From contig OZ024744.1 in assembly GCA_964016885.1 (NCBI GenBank), positions 36,704,001-36,768,000 on the forward strand: a stretch of 64,000 nucleotides of DNA, read 5' to 3'. Each line of letters starts with the position of its first letter. Position 1 is the first letter of the stretch. This document shows, one piece after another, positions 27,479 through 35,980 of the stretch. This DNA is from Eledone cirrhosa (taxonomy: Eukaryota). A program made the position numbers and the translations under genes. The notes below the pieces were generated by a model that made no database searches, was not told the DNA's origin, and worked only from the letters and a program-made list of their open reading frames with translations.

Positions 27479-28570
27479 CCTTGAATCTCAGTCATTGATG
27501 TTGGTTAATTGGAAAGTCCGTTGAAATGAATATCAAGCCACTACCTGCAGCCTCAGATATTCAGGACGTATCGGAGGGTTCTTGCTGTTCCAAGCAAGCA
27601 TGCCTTTTGAAGCGTTCCAAAAAGCGTGAAGGGGCCGATTTTCTTTAACCATCCCTGGAAACTTTTGGAGATAGTCCCCAGTGCGCCTATGACAATCGGG
27701 ATCACTTTGACTTCATGGCAGTTCCAAATCCTTTTCACCTCCCACTTTAGGTCCTGGTATCGGTTAATTTTCTCCCTCTCCTTCTCTTGCACTCTCGTGT
27801 CGAAAGGGAAGGCCACATCCACAATCAGGCACGATCTTTTTTCTTTGTCCACAACCACCAGGTCAGGTCTATTGTGTTCCAGTTTTTTGTCCGTCTGTAT
27901 CCTAAAATCCACAGCACCTTCACCTGATTGTTCTCCATCACCGCCTCTGACCTATGCTCATACCATTTCTCAGAATGTGGTAAATTGTTTACTTTGCACA
28001 GGTGCCAGTGGATCACCCTGCCCATCACATCGTGTCTCCAGCCCTTATAGTGGGTCTGGGCTAGGTGTTTACACTCGGACACAATGTGAGCCACAGTCTC
28101 CTCTCTCTCTCTACAGATCCTGCACAGTGGGCTAGCCTCCTCCTTGTAAATATGGTGCTTCAACCACTTCGTTTTGAGGGCCTGCTCCTGCGCAGCCATT
28201 AGCATTCCTTCTGTAGCCTTTTTGGGGTCTCCTCTTCTCAACTAGTTCCATGTCTGTGGATCTCTAAATTCAGTTTTCTCAAAGAAGGTACTATGAAGGG
28301 ATTTTCCCTTAAGGCTGCTCTTCCTCCTTGATGTTATTTCCTTCTTAGACATCCCCTGGCCTACTGTCCCCTCCTTCAGTACAGTTCTGAGCATTGGCTC
28401 CTTACTATAGGCCACGTATTTGTATAGGTTGTTTTTCTCCATCTGAACACAGTCCTCTATGCTGATAAGACCTCTTCCACCCTCAGATCTCCTTAGGTAG
28501 AGTCTATCGACATCACTCCTCTTGTGGAACATGTTGTAGATAGTCAATAGCTTCCTAGTCTTCCTATCCA
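27479..28570 (-). mobile_element. 5'-truncated R4/Dong-type non-LTR element (CCHC finger + restriction-like endonuclease), (TAA)n tail
   Basis: RLYL.R.EGGRGL, CRIC...EETVAHIVSEC, RHD, NRPDLVV, LIVDVAFP, EK..RYQDL and PIVIGALG. One in-frame stop and one frameshift. Confidence 0.9.
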
Positions 28571-28808
28571 TTATTATTATTATTATTATTATTGAATGCC
28601 ATGGTTGACGGAGGCTCGGCTCTGTAAGGTATAGTAATTTTTAACCGTTAAAACAATTGTAAATTGTTTAAAACTTGAACCAAATTGTTGATAAAGACAC
28701 CCTCCTCCTCGTGAGAGGGGTCTTTCTGTCCGTTATTTGGCCCTTCGGGGTTAAATAACCAGTTATTGGGGTTTTGTACCCAAAATTTCATTTTAAACAA
28801 AAAACAAC

Positions 28809-30884
28809 ATGGCTACGAAAAATAAATTTCATAGGTCACTCCCACTCATTCCGTCTTCTTCTTCCTCAATCGTCACTACAGCAGAGAGAAGATTGTCTCT
28901 CTCCCTCCCTTCTTTAAATGTGTCTCTCTCCCTCCCTTCTCTTTCGCAAGTGACGAAAGAAAAGAAAAGTCTCGTGCAAAGCGTGCAAGGTTTCTCCACG
29001 ACGACGACGACAGCGACGAAACAGGTGTGCGGGAAATACGAAAACCCAGTTCATTCGTCTGACGTCAGGAATAATAGCAGTAGCAGCCGTAATAACAACA
29101 GCAACAGTGACAATGAAAACAACAGTAGCAGCCGCAACAGCATCACCAGCAGCATAAACAACAACAGCATTAGCAGCAGCAACACCAACAACAACCACAG
29201 CAACAGCGGCGGAGGCAGTAGTCGTAGTACCTGCAGCAACAAAAGTACCAGCAGCTCTGACGACAACAACAACAGCAGAGAAAAACCAATCTCATTTGCA
29301 GGTATTGCGAAAAACTTGGAAACAATCCTCATAACAAATGAGGAATTAGAGGAAGCGAAGAAGATGGTGACAAAGAACGGACACCGAGCAATCTGCAAGG
29401 CAGCAAAAAATTTTTTCGAAACCCAAGAGCACTGTACGGTCACGTACCGTACAGTAAGTACAAAATCCCGTAGGGTGGAAAGAGCCACAGAGGCCCAAAT
29501 ACAAAAAGCCTTGGGGTCTGTGTGGCAGCGGAAAACGCACATCACCCGAGGCAAAAAATATGCCACCGTAGACGTACTTTTTGCCACACCCCAGGAGGCA
29601 AAGGCCCAATCAGTAGTGACCCTAAGGAGCGAGGAAATGGTGTTGGTGCCCTCCTACTGTGGGCAAAAAATTGTGAGGGTCAAACTGACCCACGTCCCCC
29701 CCGGAATGACCCCTTCTTGGCTGGCCGCGTCTGTCCTCGTCGGAATCGAGGACAAAACAACTGTACTGCAAGTACAGAAAAAAGTAAGAGAAGATTGGGT
29801 CGGCTCCTCCATTGAGATGCTAATCCAAACCAACCAGGAGTGCATCGAAGCTATCCCGGATGTGATAGACTTCGATAACGGCACTCAACTGCCCATAAGT
29901 GTTGAGGGCAAACGCCCGAAATGCTTTCGCTGTGGATCGAAGACTCACCTCAGGGCCTTCTGCAACGAGAAGACCCTGAGAAAGGAGAAAACCCCCCTCC
30001 TTCCGAATCCGGCTCCACGGCTACCAGCAACAGGACAAGCGGCAACCAGGAACGATAGGCCCGTGGCACCCATACCCACTCCACGGAAATCAAAAACAGC
30101 AGCAGCAGTGGAAATACTAACAACAACAACAGCAATACCAAATGCAGCTGCAACAGAGACTCCAGTGCAAACATCACCAACAACAAGTGAAAGAGTGGAG
30201 CTGGTACCTCTCCCCGACCTCACAGAATCAGACATGGAGTGTGTGGTGGGAGAGGGATGGCAAAAGGTCGTAAGAAGGCACAAACGCAGAAGCAGCGCAT
30301 CGTCGCCTTTGAAAAGGGAGGAAAGAAATGAGAAAAGAGTAAAGTCTACTGCAAAGAGACCCACAGCAGCAACAACACCAACACCATCACCACCCACACT
30401 AGCACCACCATCACCACCGCCAACAACACCTTTAACACCACCACCACAAGCACCAACATCGCAAACGCAACAACAAAACACACACACCCAGCAACAACGA
30501 CAAGAAAATAGCAGAACCACACCCCACCCCCAGAAAAACAAATGCACGGCAATAAACACACACAACAAGAAACTAATGACTTACATAATTGAACACACAG
30601 ACATTTCACAACAGGACTACATAATACCAGCACCAATCAAAACGCCAACTAACATAAGACTGCTAAAAATAGCACAGAAACAATACACAAACATTAAAAC
30701 GAAATTCCCCAACGCAGTTGGTGATTTCAGGGACCTAGGAGGAACCATCAATCGAAGAGTATACTCAGACATTCTCTTAGAAGAGCCGACGACCAGCCGA
30801 AGGGACGATTCAACGGTCCCTTCACCAGACGATCAAGTGAAAAGGGATGTAAAAACCATCCCTCCTCTACCAAAAGTACGGTAA
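28809..30884 (+). CDS. Tx1 ORF1 (gag-like nucleic-acid-binding protein, 691 aa)
   Basis: Ser/Asn low-complexity N terminus, probable RRM-like middle, zinc knuckle CFRCGSKTHLRAFC (CX2CX4HX4C) and a Pro/Thr-rich region. Confidence 0.9.
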   Translation: MATKNKFHRSLPLIPSSSSSIVTTAERRLSLSLPSLNVSLSLPSLSQVTKEKKSLVQSVQGFSTTTTTATKQVCGKYENPVHSSDVRNNSSSSRNNNSNSDNENNSSSRNSITSSINNNSISSSNTNNNHSNSGGGSSRSTCSNKSTSSSDDNNNSREKPISFAGIAKNLETILITNEELEEAKKMVTKNGHRAICKAAKNFFETQEHCTVTYRTVSTKSRRVERATEAQIQKALGSVWQRKTHITRGKKYATVDVLFATPQEAKAQSVVTLRSEEMVLVPSYCGQKIVRVKLTHVPPGMTPSWLAASVLVGIEDKTTVLQVQKKVREDWVGSSIEMLIQTNQECIEAIPDVIDFDNGTQLPISVEGKRPKCFRCGSKTHLRAFCNEKTLRKEKTPLLPNPAPRLPATGQAATRNDRPVAPIPTPRKSKTAAAVEILTTTTAIPNAAATETPVQTSPTTSERVELVPLPDLTESDMECVVGEGWQKVVRRHKRRSSASSPLKREERNEKRVKSTAKRPTAATTPTPSPPTLAPPSPPPTTPLTPPPQAPTSQTQQQNTHTQQQRQENSRTTPHPQKNKCTAINTHNKKLMTYIIEHTDISQQDYIIPAPIKTPTNIRLLKIAQKQYTNIKTKFPNAVGDFRDLGGTINRRVYSDILLEEPTTSRRDDSTVPSPDDQVKRDVKTIPPLPKVR

Positions 30885-30919
30885 GTGGTCTTTCCCATCT
30901 TTTCCACTCTATTTTAAAC

Positions 30920-33900
30920 ATGACCTCACTCAGAATAGGCAGCATAAATGCGCGTGGCTTGGGGTCGTCATGGAAGCAGGGTCACCTGCTCAACGACCTC
31001 AGGTCACTAAACATAGATGTAGTGGCCATCAGCGAGACCAGAATCTCCGAAGCACGGGCCTTCGCACCGATCTTCGGCGGCTACGATGTGTACGCATCTC
31101 CCAGCCGTCCTGGATCGGGTGGAGGAGTTGCTGTGCTTTTTCGGAGAGGTTTGGATCTCGCCATACGGGCCATCTTCCTGGACCCAGAGGGTAAGCTGGT
31201 GGTGCTGGACGTGACCAGCGGAGACGGGCAAGCTTTCAGGCTAGTGGCCGTCTATGCCCCGACAGGAGCAGGGCGGCCTGATTTCTTCCGGCGTCTGGAG
31301 ACCTTTCTTGGAACGTACCGCTCTTTAGTGTTAGTGGGCGACTGGAACGGGATCTTAGATGCACGCTGGGACTGTGTGGGATTAGCGGATAGGGGTGGAG
31401 GGTGCAAGAGCCTCACCAACCTGCTCAGGCGTTTTGAACTGTCTGACAGGTACCGATTGGATTTCCCGAATGTGCCAATGTGGACTTGGACAAACCGCAT
31501 AGGGTCATCCAGATCATATCTAGATAGAGTATTTTGTAGGGAAATAGATAGGTCTAGCATAGGCTGTCCACAATTCAAGATAGTCAGCTACACGGACCAC
31601 AAATTCGTGACCTGTGTGCTTGACTTAGATAGGCTTCATAGACGAGGACCCGGCTACTGGAAGCTAAACGCGTCCTTACCAGCGCGCAAGGCCTACAGAG
31701 ACCGGATTAGCGAACTAGTTAAGCGGGCGTTGACGGGGGCCATCGTCAACAACAAGTGGTGGTTTGCTCTGAAAAGAGCGATTAGAATAGAATCGATTAG
31801 GTTTAGTAAGGCTTTAGCAATAGAGAAAAATAGAGCAGAGGGAGAACTAGTTAGAAAATTAGACGAGGCGCTTAGCAAAGGCATTGCGACCGACGTGCTT
31901 GCGGCGAAATTGGCCCTTGACCAATTCTTCAATGCAAAGCACGAAGGCTGCGTTGTCAGAGCTAGGGTGCGTGCTCTCAGACACGAGGGGACGAAAGCCG
32001 TTCAATGGGCCCGAGTGGCGGAGGCGCGTCGTGGCAACAAAGCCACGATCCGGTCTTTGGTGGACCACGACGGGCGCATGCTACTCGATCCCGGGCAAAT
32101 GTGTGAAGCTTTTCAGCGACACTTCGCTCAGCTGTTCGGGGGCAGCGGGGGGCCGGGTAGAGGGATGGACTTTAGTGTCTACCTCGACGGACTGCCGCGG
32201 CTCTCGGCCACTGAGGCGAAGTGTTGCGAAAAGCCGATAACAGCCGCTGAAGTACGGGAGGCAATGACTGGCTGCACAAGGGGTAAATCGCCTGGTTTGG
32301 ATGGTCTGCCCTATGAACTTTACGTACAGATGCCAGACTTGTTCGGAGGCCTCTTGGCGGACGTCTACTGCAACTGGCAACAGAACGGGAGAATTCTCAG
32401 TTCTGTGAGCCGAGGAGCGGTGGCACTGCTGAGAAAGGATCCGAACAAGGGGGATAACATAGACAATTTCCGGCCCATAACTCTGCTAAACACAGAGTTT
32501 AAGATTTTGGCCAAGGTGCTAGCAAAGAGGTTGGCGCTTGTCGTTGGTGGTCTGGTGGGAGAGGCGCAGACATGCGCCATTCCCGACAGATCCATCCACG
32601 ACAACCTCCACCTCATGCGATACATCGTAGAGAGGGTAGCTAGGGAACCTGGCACGGGTGGGTCCTTGATCAATTTAGATCAGTCGAAAGCTTTCGATAG
32701 GGTCGACCATCGTTACCTAGCGGCAGTCCTGAGGGCGGCTGGCTTTGGGCCCGTCTTCAGAGGCTGGATCGCTGCCATGCACAGCGACATCTGCTCTGTA
32801 GTGAGAGTGAACGGTCACCTGTCGGAACCGTTCAACATCATGCGCTCGGTCCGCCAAGGATGTCCCCTCTCGTCCCTCTTGTACGTATTGACTCTCGAGC
32901 CATTACTGCACAAACTGGAGACGTTGAGGGGAGTCCCGCGCGAACTAGGATGCGGAAGATCCGTGTCAGCATATGCGGACGATGTCACCGTAGTGGTGTC
33001 GAACGCCAAACACATCGAGGCGATCGGCACTACACTAAGAGAATACGAAGCGGTGACAGGAGCAATGATCAACCAGGAAAAGTCAGTGGGCCTGCAGCTC
33101 GGCACCTGGAGAGGCAGGTCCATGCCGTCCAACAGCGTCGTCGGGCGCTGGACGGACGGACCGGTTAAATTGCTAGGGGTCTGGTTCGGTCCGGACCTCC
33201 AGACGGACAAAAACTGGGACGAGGTGACGAGCAGGGTGGCTTCTCTCACCCAAAAATGGGCGGAGAGGAAGCTATCCCTGAAAGGTCGAGCGGAGGTGGC
33301 TAACGCGTACATCGCGTCTGTCATCTGCTACCGCCTAACCGTCGTACCTTGTCCTAAGCCTCGCCTGACTGCGCTGGAGCGTTTGCTCTTTCGCTTTTTG
33401 TGGAAGGGACGTGCTCCGATGGTCAGGCGGTCCATCTGTTGTCAACACCCGCTACGTGGAGGGCTGGGCATGCCGTGGCTGATGATGCACAGGCACGCGC
33501 TCAGGCTACGACATCTCCACCTCTTCCTCGACGGTGATCAGGTGTGGTCGCCGTTTGCTAGACGCGTTTTTCCCCAGCTCGTTTCCTTGACGGAGCTGCA
33601 GTCCTGGGTCAAGCGAAGACCGAGAGGGAGCGCCTGGAGACTGGAATGTCTTCAGGCGCTCACAGCCCTCGACCAATCGGGCAATGTGATCGGTGGAAAC
33701 TCCACCTCGGCGTTCTATAGAGGATTAGTGGAGGGGAAGAGCGACGACGTACTTGGGGAAACTCTAGGCGTCGACGAAAATCAACTAGCCAATCTCTTCG
33801 GAAGAACTTTCGGGCCAGGGCCTATGGACAACTTCCAGAAATCTCTGGCCTGGCAGTGCTACCGAGGAGCCTTGCCAGTTCGGGATAAACTCTACAGGCA

Positions 33901-34339
33901 TGGAGGTGCCGTCAGCCGGGCATGTCCGAGATGCGCGCAGGGCGACGAAACCGTCCTGCACGCACTCGTCCAGTGTCCGAAAATTGCTGACTTGTGGGTT
34001 TATGTCGAACACCTGCTGTCGCGTTTAGGACGGATCCAGCTATCATCTGAGTCTATCGTGAGGATTGCCCCGCCCTCCTCCTTTAGCCGGGAAGGGCAGG
34101 CAGTTTTTATCTGTCTGGTGGCCATGGCGAAAGAGATAGTATGGTGGACACGTTTGAAAGGGCTGAAGACGAGCACTTACCTCTTCGGTGATGCTCTGAT
34201 TGACTTTTTCAAATTTCATTTGAAAAGGAAAATCAGAGTAGAGAAGGAAGTGCTCTCTTCCCAGCATTTTGTTGAAAGATGGGTGAGAGAAGCAAGAATG
34301 GCCCGAGTGAATGGGCCGACTCTGAGTATATATCTGTAA
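30920..34339 (+). CDS. Tx1 ORF2: APE endonuclease + reverse transcriptase + C-terminal Cys/His finger (1139 aa)
   Basis: SINARGL, SET, VYAP, GDWN, LDR and TDH (APE); KSPGLDG, FRPITLLN, KAFDRV, RQGCPLS and YADD (RT); CPRC...ETVLHALVQC. Confidence 0.96.
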   Translation: MTSLRIGSINARGLGSSWKQGHLLNDLRSLNIDVVAISETRISEARAFAPIFGGYDVYASPSRPGSGGGVAVLFRRGLDLAIRAIFLDPEGKLVVLDVTSGDGQAFRLVAVYAPTGAGRPDFFRRLETFLGTYRSLVLVGDWNGILDARWDCVGLADRGGGCKSLTNLLRRFELSDRYRLDFPNVPMWTWTNRIGSSRSYLDRVFCREIDRSSIGCPQFKIVSYTDHKFVTCVLDLDRLHRRGPGYWKLNASLPARKAYRDRISELVKRALTGAIVNNKWWFALKRAIRIESIRFSKALAIEKNRAEGELVRKLDEALSKGIATDVLAAKLALDQFFNAKHEGCVVRARVRALRHEGTKAVQWARVAEARRGNKATIRSLVDHDGRMLLDPGQMCEAFQRHFAQLFGGSGGPGRGMDFSVYLDGLPRLSATEAKCCEKPITAAEVREAMTGCTRGKSPGLDGLPYELYVQMPDLFGGLLADVYCNWQQNGRILSSVSRGAVALLRKDPNKGDNIDNFRPITLLNTEFKILAKVLAKRLALVVGGLVGEAQTCAIPDRSIHDNLHLMRYIVERVAREPGTGGSLINLDQSKAFDRVDHRYLAAVLRAAGFGPVFRGWIAAMHSDICSVVRVNGHLSEPFNIMRSVRQGCPLSSLLYVLTLEPLLHKLETLRGVPRELGCGRSVSAYADDVTVVVSNAKHIEAIGTTLREYEAVTGAMINQEKSVGLQLGTWRGRSMPSNSVVGRWTDGPVKLLGVWFGPDLQTDKNWDEVTSRVASLTQKWAERKLSLKGRAEVANAYIASVICYRLTVVPCPKPRLTALERLLFRFLWKGRAPMVRRSICCQHPLRGGLGMPWLMMHRHALRLRHLHLFLDGDQVWSPFARRVFPQLVSLTELQSWVKRRPRGSAWRLECLQALTALDQSGNVIGGNSTSAFYRGLVEGKSDDVLGETLGVDENQLANLFGRTFGPGPMDNFQKSLAWQCYRGALPVRDKLYRHGGAVSRACPRCAQGDETVLHALVQCPKIADLWVYVEHLLSRLGRIQLSSESIVRIAPPSSFSREGQAVFICLVAMAKEIVWWTRLKGLKTSTYLFGDALIDFFKFHLKRKIRVEKEVLSSQHFVERWVREARMARVNGPTLSIYL

Positions 34340-34600
34340 ACTAAAGGTGGAAAACTGGGAGAGGGCACTTGCCTTGGTGGTCAGGGTCATTGTGGCTTTT
34401 TACTGGGCTTTCTCCACAAATATCCCTCCGAAGTCTCCCCCCCTATTGGGGAATTTTTCATTGTTATTTTCATTGTTATTTTTGTTACATCCTCTGTTTT
34501 TGTTTTTTTACACGCAGAAATGCCCATTTGTACCGTCCTGCATTGTCCTGCACTGTCCTTAATGTCTACTTTATGTAAACCCTTGTGGTTAATAAAGAAA

Positions 34601-34649
<49 letters not shown>

Positions 34650-34650
<1 letters not shown>

Positions 34651-34836
34651 AGGGCGGTGGATTGGCAGTATCGGTAGAGGGTCGGACGCCATGCTTTCCA
34701 GCATAGTTACGTCCCTTTATGATCTGAGTTCAAATCCCGCCGAGGTTGACTTTGCCTTTCATCCTTACGGGGTCGATAAAATAAAGTACCAGTAATGCAC
34801 TGGGTAATTGCTGGCCTTGTGCCAAATGTAGAAACA
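34650..34836 (+). mobile_element. tRNA-derived SINE (duplicate of 27262-27448)
   Basis: Identical by eye to the first copy. Confidence 0.85.
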
Positions 34837-34866
34837 ATTATTATTATTATTATTATTGTTGTTATT

Positions 34867-35957
34867 CCTTGAATCTCAGTCATTGATGTTGGTTAATTGG
34901 AAAGTCCGTTGAAATGAATATCAAGCCACTACCTGCAGCCTCAGATATTCAGGACGTATCGGAGGGTTCTTGCTGTTCCAAGCAAGCATGCCTTTTGAAG
35001 CGTTCCAAAAAGCGTGAAGGGGCCGATTTTCTTTAACCATCCCTGGAAACTTTTGGAGATAGTCCCCAGTGCGCCTATGACAATCGGGATCACTTTGACT
35101 TCATGGCAGTTCCAAATCCTTTTCACCTCCCACTTAGGTCCTGGTATCGGTTAATTTTCTCCCTCTCCTTCTCTTGCACTCTCGTGTCGAAAGGGAAGGC
35201 CACATCCACAATCAGGCACGATCTTTTTTCTTTGTCCACAACCACCAGGTCAGGTCTATTGTGTTCCAGTTTTTTGTCCGTCTGTATCCTAAAATCCACA
35301 GCACCTTCACCTGATTGTTCTCCATCACCGCCTCTGACCTATGCTCATACCATTTCTCAGAATGTGGTAAATTGTTTACTTTGCACAGGTGCCAGTGGAT
35401 CACCCTGCCCATCACATCGTGTCTCCAGCCCTTATAGTGGGTCTGGGCTAGGTGTTTACACTCGGACACAATGTGAGCCACAGTCTCCTCTCTCTCTCTA
35501 CAGATCCTGCACAGTGGGCTAGCCTCCTCCTTGTAAATATGGTGCTTCAACCACTTCGTTTTGAGGGCCTGCTCCTGCGCAGCCATTAGCATTCCTTCTG
35601 TAGCCTTTTTGGGGTCTCCTCTTCTCAACTAGTTCCATGTCTGTGGATCTCTAAATTCAGTTTTCTCAAAGAAGGTACTATGAAGGGATTTTCCCTTAAG
35701 GCTGCTCTTCCTCCTTGATGTTATTTCCTTCTTAGACATCCCCTGGCCTACTGTCCCCTGCTTCAGTACAGTTCTGAGCATTGGCTCCTTACTATAGGCC
35801 ACGTATTTGTATAGGTTGTTTTTCTCCATCTGAACACAGTCCTCTATGCTGATAAGACCTCTTCCACCCTCAGATCTCCTTAGGTAGAGTCTATCGACAT
35901 CACTCCTCTTGTGGAACATGTTGTAGATAGTCAATAGCTTCCTAGTCTTCCTATCCA
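34867..35957 (-). mobile_element. R4/Dong-type RLE fragment (duplicate of 27479-28570)
   Basis: Same truncation point, stop codon and frameshift as the first copy; about two differences by eye. Confidence 0.9.
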
Positions 35958-35980
35958 TTATTATTATTATTATTATTATT

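Larger units (their letters stand above)
28594..34602 (+). mobile_element. Intact full-length Tx1-clade LINE, copy 3 (~6.0 kb)
   Basis: 215-nt 5' UTR, open ORF1 and ORF2, and a U-rich 3' UTR with AATAAA that runs straight into (ATT)n. (ATT)n also lies immediately upstream. Confidence 0.95.

Noticed and set aside
28594-28645. Short leader + GT + AATTTTT resembling a spliced-leader RNA at the Tx1 5' end
   Set aside because: The donor-like sequences differ among subfamilies, there is no conserved leader, and T-runs are expected in this AT-rich sequence.
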